Positions 48,431-56,876 of a DNA stretch of 64,000 nucleotides are shown in pieces; position 1 is the first letter of the stretch, and the number at the start of each line of letters is the position of its first letter. Source of the stretch: Christensenellales bacterium (lineage in GTDB: Bacteria; Bacillota; Clostridia; Christensenellales; CALWSW01). The stretch covers positions 4,599 to 68,598 of the forward strand of contig JBMNTV010000002.1 of assembly GCA_050945915.1 (NCBI GenBank), in the 5' to 3' direction. A model generated the notes under the pieces. It saw only the letters and a program-made list of their open reading frames with translations, did no database searches and was not told where the DNA came from. A program made the translations under genes and the position numbers.

Positions 48431-49888
48431 ATGCCACAATCCATTCAACAACGCGCCGCAGCACTCTTACTGGCGCTTTCTGTCCTGTTTCTTGCCTGCT
48501 GTTCCCCCAAAGCAGAAACGCCCCCCTCCCCTTCACCCACCCCGTTGGAAGGCGTCGTTGGCACCCCCGCCCCTGTTGCCACCATCGCGCCTGCGCCCCC
48601 TCCTTCTTTCACGCCACAACCCACCCCGGAACCAGATTTTCCGGCAGGCCCTGCCGAGGAGGTCCTTCCCCCGGCTGGAGTGACCCGGTATCTAAAAAAC
48701 GGTTCGCCCTTTCTTTGCCCCCACGATACGCAGGAAATTTGCAAAACCTGCTTGTCAAAAGGCGCGCTTCCGCTGCCCGACGCAAACCGTCTGCTGGCGA
48801 TCCTGCGCTTTTTGACTGCAAAGAGCAGGCTGACCGGCTCAGAACACTGCGCCCACAGCGCCGCGTTCATCCAGGCCGCCCTTGTTGAATGCGGTTATGA
48901 GCCTGCTTTGCAAACCGTCAGCACGGACAATACGGGTTATGTGTTTTCCGGCGAGAGCGCCCTTGCCTTTGGCGAAACCGTCCTTCCCATGGAATATGTT
49001 TACGGCAGCGCCCAGGGGATTCGATCCGGCCCCGCTGTCTTTTGCGGCGAAGGCTACCCCCTTCCGGAAAGCGCTGAAGGGGCTGTGCTGATTTCGAACG
49101 GCGCGGGAACCCTGAACATCATACAGGCGCTTGGGTTAGGAACGCCCGCCGCCGTCATCCTCGTCAACCCGTATCCATCCCTGGCCGAAAATGTTCCCGC
49201 CCTCTGGCCGGAAGCCATCGTTTTGGCCACAGATGACAGTAATTTGTTTCATTTAGTTAAATCGGGGGATATTTTGTCGGTTACCAGCACCGAAAACGGC
49301 CCCTTTGAAAGCGAGAACATCATCGCGGAGTTGAATCCCGGCGCAAAGGAAACCATCATACTATGCGCCCATTACGACAGCGTCTCCACCTCCCCCGGCG
49401 CGAGTGACAATGCCTCCGGCGTAGCTGTGCTCCTGGAGCTCGCCCGGGTGTTTTCCAAACTTCCCATCCACCGCCGGATCGTGTTCCTGTTTACCACGGG
49501 GGAGGAGCAGGGCATGCTGGGAGCGTGGGTTTATTCCAGGGAGCTTGCCAAAGGGGAACGCGATTCCATCCGCGCGGTATACGCTTTGGACATGTTCGCG
49601 GATCTTAATCAAAGCACCCCCTTAATTTACACCTGCGACGGGGAGCCGGACACCGCCGTCGCCCTGCTCCTCGCCGCCTGCGAAGCCTATCCCCTGCCAA
49701 AGCCCCTGCTGAGTAAGGAGTTTCGCTCCGACCATGCGCCGTTTTACGGGATCGGGCTCCCTGCGGCGCTGTTCGCCCAAAGCGAATCGGACGAACTTTA
49801 CCACACGCCCTACGACACGATGGACAAGCTTTCCGCTGAATACATGGACCTTGTGTTTGCCTGGACCGCCGGTATCCTTCTTCGCTAA
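48431..49888 (+). CDS. M28-family zinc aminopeptidase lipoprotein
   Basis: Signal plus lipobox LFLAC, a Pro-rich linker, and the catalytic region LCAHYDSV...GASDNASGVAVLLELA...FTTGEEQG. Confidence 0.8.
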   Translation: MPQSIQQRAAALLLALSVLFLACCSPKAETPPSPSPTPLEGVVGTPAPVATIAPAPPPSFTPQPTPEPDFPAGPAEEVLPPAGVTRYLKNGSPFLCPHDTQEICKTCLSKGALPLPDANRLLAILRFLTAKSRLTGSEHCAHSAAFIQAALVECGYEPALQTVSTDNTGYVFSGESALAFGETVLPMEYVYGSAQGIRSGPAVFCGEGYPLPESAEGAVLISNGAGTLNIIQALGLGTPAAVILVNPYPSLAENVPALWPEAIVLATDDSNLFHLVKSGDILSVTSTENGPFESENIIAELNPGAKETIILCAHYDSVSTSPGASDNASGVAVLLELARVFSKLPIHRRIVFLFTTGEEQGMLGAWVYSRELAKGERDSIRAVYALDMFADLNQSTPLIYTCDGEPDTAVALLLAACEAYPLPKPLLSKEFRSDHAPFYGIGLPAALFAQSESDELYHTPYDTMDKLSAEYMDLVFAWTAGILLR

Positions 49889-49910
49889 TACCCCAAAAAG
49901 GCATATAAAG

Positions 49911-51194
49911 ATGAAGATGAACATTTTATACGAGGACAATCACCTGCTTTGCGCCGTCAAACCCCAGAACATGCCCGTCGCCGAAGATGAGTCCCGGGAT
50001 TTGGACCTTTTGAACGCCCTGAAGGGCTACATCAAGGAAAAATATCAAAAGCCGGGGGCGGTTTTTCTTGGACTGGTCCACAGGCTGGACAGGCCCGCGG
50101 GGGGCGTGCTGGTCTTTGCGCGCACCTCCAAAGCGGCGGCCCGCCTGTTTGATGCCATGCGGTCGGGGAAGTTCGAAAAAACCTATCTCGCCGTTCTCTG
50201 CGGTTCTGGACCGGACCAGGGGGAGCTGGTGGATTATCTCGTCAAGGACGAAAAAACCCGCTGCAGCCGCGTGATTTCCAAGGGCGAGCCCGGCGCAAAA
50301 GAAGCGCGCCTTTCCTTTGAAACGATTGCCCGGGCAGAGGGCCTGACGCTGGTCAAAATTCGGCTGCATACCGGGCGGCACCATCAGATCCGGGTGCAAT
50401 TCGCCAGCCGTGGTCTCCCCCTTTACGGAGACGCGCGCTACAATCCCCAGTCAAAGCCAGGGCAGCAGCTTGCCCTGTGGGCGGCATCCCTCTCCTTCCC
50501 TCACCCCACCAGGAAGGAAACCATTACCATTGCGCAGAACCCGCCCTCCCTTTACCCCTGGACAGAGTTTGCCAAGCATACCATCGGCTTTTCCATTCCC
50601 ATCCTGTATGAGGACGGCAAATTGCTCGCCGTGGACAAACCCGTCGGGATGGAGGTGGAGGGTGAACTTTCCGCCCTGGTGCGCCGCCGCTTCCCCACTG
50701 CCCGGCCCTGCCACAGGCTGGACGCCAACACCACCGGCATCACCCTGTTCGCCCTGACGGAGCAGGCGTATGAAGACATTACCAACGGAATCAAACAGCG
50801 AAAGATCGAGAAAATCTACCGCTGCGTGGTCAAGGGAAGGCCGCATCCTTCGCAAAAACTCTGCCGCGCCTGGCTGAAAAAGGATGCCGAAGCCGCGCGG
50901 GTGTTCATTTGTGACCGCCCCATCGAAGGCGCGAAGGAAATTCTGACTGAATACTGGGTGGAAGAAAGCCGCGGGGATACCTCGGTGCTTTCCGTGAAGC
51001 TGATCACCGGACGCACCCACCAGATCCGCGCGCACCTCGCCCACCTTGGCCATCCCATCCTGGGGGACGACAAATATGGCGATCGCGCCTTCAACAAAGG
51101 CAAGGGGCAAAAGACCCAGCTGCTGCGGGCGGTGCGGGTGGTGGTGGACATTCCGGGTTATCAAACCACCATCGAAGCCCCATGCACCTTTTGA
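49911..51194 (+). CDS. Fusion of two RluA-family pseudouridine synthase catalytic domains
   Basis: Domain 1 has LYEDNHLL...GLVHRLDRPAGG...HTGRHHQIRVQF. Domain 2 has ILYEDGKLL...PCHRLDANTTG...ITGRTHQIRAHL. Both catalytic Asp motifs are intact in one continuous ORF. Confidence 0.85.
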   Translation: MKMNILYEDNHLLCAVKPQNMPVAEDESRDLDLLNALKGYIKEKYQKPGAVFLGLVHRLDRPAGGVLVFARTSKAAARLFDAMRSGKFEKTYLAVLCGSGPDQGELVDYLVKDEKTRCSRVISKGEPGAKEARLSFETIARAEGLTLVKIRLHTGRHHQIRVQFASRGLPLYGDARYNPQSKPGQQLALWAASLSFPHPTRKETITIAQNPPSLYPWTEFAKHTIGFSIPILYEDGKLLAVDKPVGMEVEGELSALVRRRFPTARPCHRLDANTTGITLFALTEQAYEDITNGIKQRKIEKIYRCVVKGRPHPSQKLCRAWLKKDAEAARVFICDRPIEGAKEILTEYWVEESRGDTSVLSVKLITGRTHQIRAHLAHLGHPILGDDKYGDRAFNKGKGQKTQLLRAVRVVVDIPGYQTTIEAPCTF

Positions 51195-51329
51195 AACAGT
51201 CGCCAAACCCATGTTTTTGAGCAGCGACTGCGACAGCGGGGTATTTTCCCATTTTTTCATGGCACACTAATGTTATAATCATGATGCTGTTGCGGGTTGA
51301 TTGCCAAACAAAAGGAGGATGCCCCAGAA

Positions 51330-51677
51330 ATGGAAGATATTTTTGACAAAATCGTGGAAGGCGTCAAAAAAGGTGCCAGTACCGTCAAAAAAGGCGCCAG
51401 CGTGGTGGCGGACAAGGGCGAACAGTTGGTAGAGCTGACCAAGCTGCGCGCCGCCCGGGCCCGGCTTCAGGACGAGCTGGAGAGGAACTACGCGGAACTT
51501 GGCCGCGAGCTTTACGAGATGGTGGAGCGCGACCACATCATTTCCGAGACCCTCCGGTCCCGCTGCGCCGTCATCGGCCATATCAAGGCCCAGATAGCGG
51601 ACAGTATTGCCGAGGAAACCGAGCGGTTCGAAGGCAAGAAAAAAGAAGAAGAGAAAAAGAAGAATCCAGAAGAATAG
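51330..51677 (+). CDS. Hypothetical coiled-coil protein with Lys/Glu-rich tail
   Basis: 115 aa from MEDIFDKIVEGVKKGAS. AAGGAGG lies upstream of ATG 51330 and a strong terminator follows. No family recognised. Confidence 0.6.
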   Translation: MEDIFDKIVEGVKKGASTVKKGASVVADKGEQLVELTKLRAARARLQDELERNYAELGRELYEMVERDHIISETLRSRCAVIGHIKAQIADSIAEETERFEGKKKEEEKKKNPEE

Positions 51678-51691
51678 CTCCAGTTGCAAAG

Positions 51692-51730
51692 GGCGCGGGT
51701 TTTCGGTTGTGGAAAACCTGCGCCTTTTTA
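51692..51730 (+). terminator. Rho-independent terminator
   Basis: ggcgcgggttttc / ggttgtg / gaaaacctgcgcc followed by ttttt. Confidence 0.8.
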
Positions 51731-51905
51731 TTTCTTAAAAACCAACCATTGTTGACAATGTGTGGAAAAGGTGGAAAACTCCCGCGCCTTTTCACAAGGT
51801 ATCCACTTGTTTTCAATGCCCAAAAGCCAGTGTTTTGGCTGGTTGCCACTGGTTTTCCACCTGTCCACAACCCCTACTACTACTACTACGTACTTATTTA
51901 TTTGG
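51708..51905. promoter_or_regulatory. oriC segment downstream of dnaA: DnaA-box-like 9-mers plus GC cluster, (CTA)5 and an AT-rich stretch
   Basis: tgtggaaaa occurs at 51708 and 51761, ttttccacc at 51853 and ctgtccaca at 51861. These are followed by ccc, cta x5 (51874-51888), then cgtacttatttattt. Confidence 0.6.
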
Positions 51906-51956
51906 AGCAGCCGCCAAAACCCGCACAAAGGCGAACCCGAACGCAAAAACGCCGGC

Positions 51957-51989
51957 AAAAAAGAAAAACGCCCCGAAAAGTGGGGCGTT
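51957..51989 (-). terminator. Rho-independent terminator of dnaA
   Basis: Minus strand: aacgcccc / acuuuuc / ggggcguu followed by a U-run, starting 4 nt after the dnaA TGA. Confidence 0.8.
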
Positions 51990-51992
51990 TCG

Positions 51993-53300
51993 TCATTCCT
52001 CGATCTTTCGTTTGATGTCGTCCATCTCTGCGGCAAAGGCTGGGTCCTTGGCAATGTCCTCGGTGACCTTGTCCACAGCGTAAATCACAGTGGAATAATG
52101 CCTGCCGCCAAAGCATTCGCCGATCTTTTCCAAGGAAGCGTCCGTCATCGTGCGGCAGAGGTACATGGCGATCTGCCGGGGGGCGACGATCTCAGCATTT
52201 CTGCGCTTGGAAGCCAGATCCTCGGGGGCGAGCTTAAAGTACTTGGTGACCATCGACTGGATGTACGGAATGTCGATGACGGGCTTTTCCGGCGCGGTCA
52301 GGCTGTCTTTGAGCGCTTCCGCCGCCAGCTCCACGGTGACGGGAACCCCCCTGAGTTCCGAATGGGCCATCACCCTGGTCAAGGAGCCTTCCAGCTCCCT
52401 GATGTTGGTCTGGGTATGCTCGGCGATGAAGCGCAGCACATCCCCCGGCACCTGCATATTTTCGCAGATCGCCTTTTTTTCCAGGATGGCGATGCGCGTC
52501 TCGTAATCGGGCTTTTGAATATCCGCCACTAGGCCCCAGCCGAAGCGGCTGCACAGGCGTTCCTCCAGGGCGGGGATTTCCCGCGGGGGCTTGTCCGACG
52601 AGATGATGATCTGCTTTTGCAGCTCGTACAGGGCGTTGAAGGTATGGAAGAACTCCTCCTGGGTTCCCTCCTTGTTGGACAAAAACTGGATATCGTCCAC
52701 CATCAGCACGTCCACGCTCCTGTATTTCCTCCGAAACTCCTCGTTCTTGTCGTTTCTGATGGCGAAGATCAGCTCGTTGGTGAACTTTTCGCTGGTTACG
52801 TACATGACGTTGGAAGAAGGCGAGCTTTCGGTGATGGCATTGCCCACCGCGTGCAGCAGGTGGGTTTTGCCCAGGCCCACGTCCCCGTAAATAAAAAGAG
52901 GATTATAGCGTTTCCCGGGGTTTTGGGCGACGGCCACGGCCGCGGCGTGGGCAAACTTGTTGGAGGAGCCGATGATGAAGGTATCAAAGGTGTACTTCGG
53001 GTTGATGGAGGCAGATGCTTCGTCTTCCTGCCGGTCCGCCGGAGCCTCCATCTCGCCAGGCATGACCACTTTGATCCTGTAATTGCGGCCCCCTGCGCGG
53101 TATAGAGCGTCCTCGATCGTCTGCGCGTAGCGGTCGGTCAGCATTCGTTTGACGAATTCCTCGTCCGTTTCAAGTATGAGCAGCCTATCCTTAAGGTCGA
53201 CAACCTTGAGGTCTTCGATATAGCTGCAATAGGTCGCGGTAGAAAGCTCTTCCTTCAAAATGGGCAGGGTGCTTTCCCACACGCTTTCGGCAAGGCTCAT
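51993..53300 (-). CDS. dnaA: Chromosomal replication initiator protein DnaA
   Basis: 435 aa from MSLAESVWES. Has the AAA+ Walker A GDVGLGKTHL, box VII and the C-terminal DNA-binding helix IGECFGGRHYSTVIYA. GGAGGA RBS precedes ATG 53300. Confidence 0.96.
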   Translation of the reverse strand: MSLAESVWESTLPILKEELSTATYCSYIEDLKVVDLKDRLLILETDEEFVKRMLTDRYAQTIEDALYRAGGRNYRIKVVMPGEMEAPADRQEDEASASINPKYTFDTFIIGSSNKFAHAAAVAVAQNPGKRYNPLFIYGDVGLGKTHLLHAVGNAITESSPSSNVMYVTSEKFTNELIFAIRNDKNEEFRRKYRSVDVLMVDDIQFLSNKEGTQEEFFHTFNALYELQKQIIISSDKPPREIPALEERLCSRFGWGLVADIQKPDYETRIAILEKKAICENMQVPGDVLRFIAEHTQTNIRELEGSLTRVMAHSELRGVPVTVELAAEALKDSLTAPEKPVIDIPYIQSMVTKYFKLAPEDLASKRRNAEIVAPRQIAMYLCRTMTDASLEKIGECFGGRHYSTVIYAVDKVTEDIAKDPAFAAEMDDIKRKIEE

Positions 53301-53436
53301 ATTATCCTCCATTCGATGTTGAAAACCGGCGCGCATATCCACATATGAAATTGGTTAAAGACGTTAACTATGTGAATACGCTTCGTACATTATAGCAAAT
53401 GCGACGTAAATAGTGAAGCGTATATTGGGTTTTAGG

Positions 53437-53523
53437 TTTTCCACATCCATCACATCACATTTATGTGGATAACGTGGATAACTCGGCGGTTTTCTGTGGA
53501 TAATGTGCAAAAACTTATCCATA
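53437..53523. promoter_or_regulatory. DnaA-box cluster upstream of dnaA (oriC / dnaA promoter region)
   Basis: Two perfect TGTGGATAA boxes (53464-53472, 53495-53503). Three one-mismatch boxes: ttttccaca 53437, cgtggataa 53473, ttatccata 53515. Confidence 0.8.
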
Positions 53524-53670
53524 ACGCCGTGAAGACTGTGAAAAAAGCGTATCACCACCCAAACGGCAAAAAGTGTTATCCTTATTTTGGCGATTCCTGT
53601 ATTCGTTTTCAAATTGTTTTTTTGTGTTTGATCCAATGATGCGATACAATACCAAACAACAGGGGGTTGG

Positions 53671-54201
53671 ATGGAATTGCTATTTCTTCCGGAAAGTGCA
53701 AGGCTGGGTACGGATTTTGCGGATGTTTCCTTTTACGCCGGGGAACATGCAAAAGCAAATGCCGCGGCCCTGGACGCCGAATGGTTCGAAAATGTGCGGA
53801 TTGCATCCGGATTCGTCAACGCGGATTTGACGAAAAAGGCCATCCTGTCCCTGCTTTCGGGCATCGATATTCAACAAGCGGACTTTCGTCTTGAGGAGAT
53901 GACGGAGGAGGAGCTGTTTTCCCCTGTCGTGTGTGCGTATTTGGCCATCCTTCCCCGGGCGACTGCCAAAAAAATAGAACGATGCCCCGCGTTCCAAGGC
54001 GAAAGAAGAAAGCTGTTGCTTCGCCTGATCGCGGCTTATTTCGGCGATTTTTCCCTTACGGAAGAACTTTCCCTGTGCAAAAGGGTGATGGACGAGATGC
54101 GCTCCTCTTTTTTGAACTGCGGGGAGGACGAGAGTCTGTCCATCCTCTGTTCCGTTTCACTGGCCGTACTCAAAAAGCGAATTGACGGAGGATTTGCATG
54201 A
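53671..54201 (+). CDS. Hypothetical protein
   Basis: 176 aa with no recognisable motif. Its stop overlaps the next gene's ATG (ATGA at 54198-54201), which suggests an operon. Confidence 0.5.
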   Translation: MELLFLPESARLGTDFADVSFYAGEHAKANAAALDAEWFENVRIASGFVNADLTKKAILSLLSGIDIQQADFRLEEMTEEELFSPVVCAYLAILPRATAKKIERCPAFQGERRKLLLRLIAAYFGDFSLTEELSLCKRVMDEMRSSFLNCGEDESLSILCSVSLAVLKKRIDGGFA

Positions 54202-55418
54202 AAAGACTGGTTTCCTTTGCCCTGTCTCTGACCATTGCCCTGGGTCTTTTTGCCGCGGCGCCCGTCCAGGCAGCCACGGGTATGGTGGCATCGAGCAGTT
54301 TCTCCAAAAACGAAAAACGCGCAATTTCGATTTCTGCCACCGAGACCATCAGCCCCGGTGAGGTGATGAAACTCTCGGTTTCTGTATCCGGTTACCGGGA
54401 TCCGGTGATCACCTATGTCGTCAAAAAACCCGGGAAGAGCAAGTATTCCTACTTGAAAAAGCAGACCGATCGGACCTCCCTTTCCTACCGGATCCGCACC
54501 GAAGGGGAATACGCTTTCAGGGCTATCGTGACCGAACGGGACGGGAGCAACAGAAAAGTGAGCGCAACGGCGGTCTGCATGGTGGAAGAAGCGGTGGTGA
54601 TCCCGGCGAACGCCTCCGCCCTGTTTTGGAGCCCGAGGGACGAGGCCCCCGCCCTGCCTCAAGCCCTGTATTCCGCGAGGGACGGCATGAACGCCATCAA
54701 CCGTACGGTGCTGGCGTTGGGGGATACGGTGAGCTTTCCGGCTTATAAACTGAAACACTTTTTCAACCAGATCGGCAGCGCCGGCGAGCTGCACAACGCC
54801 TTTTTGAAGGGCGGTTCCATCTCTTACAGCGCCAGATACGATCCGAAAATCGGGGACGGCATCATCACCATCCACTTGGATTACGACAGCGCGGGCCAGC
54901 TGGTGCGCAAATACTATTACGGCACAGAGACCGACGGTTCCAAAGCCACCGCCGCCCTGGAAAAATGGATCAAGGACCGCCTGGAGGAGCTGATGGTACC
55001 CGATATGACGGACGAGGAAAAGGTCAGGGCGATCCACGATGATCTTGTGGCAAATTTTGAATACGACACCTATACCAACTCGTCCAAAAAAGCGACGGAT
55101 TACGCGGAAGAATCCTTTACCGCCTACGGCATGGTCAAAAACGGCTACGGCGTGTGCGAGGCCTATGCGGAGCTGTTCTGCCTGATGAGCACCTATGCCG
55201 GCGTGCCTTGCTACCCCGTCACCGGTTATTACGGCGGCGGCAAACACATGTGGAACAAGGTGAAGATCGACGGAAAGTGGTACAATCTCGACTGCACCAC
55301 CGACGACCCCATCCCCGATTCGCCGGGAAGGGTGCTGCATACCTATTACCTCAAGAGCGACAGGGAGTTCGCCTCCTTTGGCTATACCTGGGAAACCGGA
55401 TTGTGGCCGGCGGCGTGA
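54198..55418 (+). CDS. Secreted transglutaminase-like cysteine-protease-fold protein
   Basis: Signal peptide MKRLVSFALSLTIALGLFAAAPVQA. The C-terminal transglutaminase core is GVCEAYAELFCLM...HMWNKVKIDGKWYNLDCT (Cys-His-Asp arrangement). Confidence 0.8.
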   Translation: MKRLVSFALSLTIALGLFAAAPVQAATGMVASSSFSKNEKRAISISATETISPGEVMKLSVSVSGYRDPVITYVVKKPGKSKYSYLKKQTDRTSLSYRIRTEGEYAFRAIVTERDGSNRKVSATAVCMVEEAVVIPANASALFWSPRDEAPALPQALYSARDGMNAINRTVLALGDTVSFPAYKLKHFFNQIGSAGELHNAFLKGGSISYSARYDPKIGDGIITIHLDYDSAGQLVRKYYYGTETDGSKATAALEKWIKDRLEELMVPDMTDEEKVRAIHDDLVANFEYDTYTNSSKKATDYAEESFTAYGMVKNGYGVCEAYAELFCLMSTYAGVPCYPVTGYYGGGKHMWNKVKIDGKWYNLDCTTDDPIPDSPGRVLHTYYLKSDREFASFGYTWETGLWPAA

Positions 55419-55484
55419 GCGCGGTGGGAGCGATGTTGAAAAAAGCGCCTTCTGGCGCTTTTTTTCTGCTCTTAATTTGCCGAT

Positions 55485-56399
55485 TCAATCATTGGACGCC
55501 GTGGAAAGGCAATTTTCACAATCCTCCTCGATGATGAAGGACAGGCCGATGCAACCCGGACCCGTGAACACTCCTACTACGGCGCCGACGGAAAGGATCA
55601 GGGTTTGAATGTCCGGATAATGCGCCTTCAGCTCCTGCTGCAGTTCCGCTGCGCGGCTTTCCGCCATCGCGTGGAAAATCACGGCGATGGAATGGTTGGC
55701 GGCTTTGCTGCGGAAGGTGTCCACCAAATAGCGGTTGACCTGTTTCCCGCTTTTGATCAGGTCGGTGTCCCTGGCGACGCCGTTTTCAAAGGTGAGGACA
55801 GGCTTGACGCCAAGAAGCTGGCCCAAAATGGGCTTGATGCCGCAGGCCCGTCCGGATTTGAAGGCATACACAAAGGAGTTCAGCACAAAAAAGGACGCAA
55901 CCTTTTCCCGCAACTGGGTTAAAGATGCGATGATTTCCGAAGCGTTTTTCCCCTTCCTGGCGAGTTCTGCGGCGTGGAGCGCCAAAAGAGTCGCCCCGCC
56001 GGAGCAGTTCTGGGTGTCAAAGGTCCGGATGATCGGCATCGTTCCCCCGCCGTTTTTTGCGACTTCGTTGGCGTAAAGCTCCGCCGCTATGCAAGCGGAA
56101 TCAAACATGCCCGCCATCTTGGAAGTCACCGTCAGGCAGATGATTTCGTCGTAATGGGAATTGCTTTTGTACGCCTTTAAGAATTCGTGGGGAGAGGGCT
56201 GGGCGGTCCGGGGATGTTCCTGGGCGGTGGCCAGCTTTTGATAGAATTGCTCGGTGGTGAGATCCTGATTGTGGGTGTATTCCCGGACGGTTCCGTTTTC
56301 ACAAAAAAGTACATGAAAAGGCACCAGATCAATGCCCGCTTGTTTGGCGCTTTCAAGGGGAAGGTCGCAACTGGAATCGGCAATGATTTTGACAGACAT
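55485..56399 (-). CDS. degV: DegV-family fatty-acid-binding protein
   Basis: Starts MSVKIIADSSCDLP and has DegV architecture over about 304 aa. ATG 56399 is preferred. Confidence 0.85.
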   Translation of the reverse strand: MSVKIIADSSCDLPLESAKQAGIDLVPFHVLFCENGTVREYTHNQDLTTEQFYQKLATAQEHPRTAQPSPHEFLKAYKSNSHYDEIICLTVTSKMAGMFDSACIAAELYANEVAKNGGGTMPIIRTFDTQNCSGGATLLALHAAELARKGKNASEIIASLTQLREKVASFFVLNSFVYAFKSGRACGIKPILGQLLGVKPVLTFENGVARDTDLIKSGKQVNRYLVDTFRSKAANHSIAVIFHAMAESRAAELQQELKAHYPDIQTLILSVGAVVGVFTGPGCIGLSFIIEEDCENCLSTASND

Positions 56400-56876
56400 G
56401 GTCCGTTCCGCCTTTTGCTGTTTCGTTCGGAAAAATCGGGGAAATGCAAAAAGTCCAAAAATTCGCAACCGAAATGATTTTACATGATGTTTCAGATTTA
56501 TTCAATAAAATGTATGAAATATTCATTCTAAAATTACGGTTAAATCTGCAAAAATGGGATCGGTTCTTGTTGAAATCCGCCGAATTTGATGATAAAATCA
56601 TTGCACCGGTGGAAAATACTGTCAATTTTGTCTATTTTCCTCAAAAACGTGAAAATCTCAACATATTGTATATCCAATAATTGGATTACACAATATGCAG
56701 TTTTTTTGCAGATGGAATCCCATGGCGGAACTCCGCCGTTGATGCGTTTTCAAGGGCGGATGAAAAGGTGATTGGTTTTTCCAATTTACTGAAAAACCGC
56801 TTTTTCCAAATTGTAAATTTTTTGTGAACGACCTCTGGGATCGATACGATCCGTAAAGCAAAAGGAGGTTCAAGGC

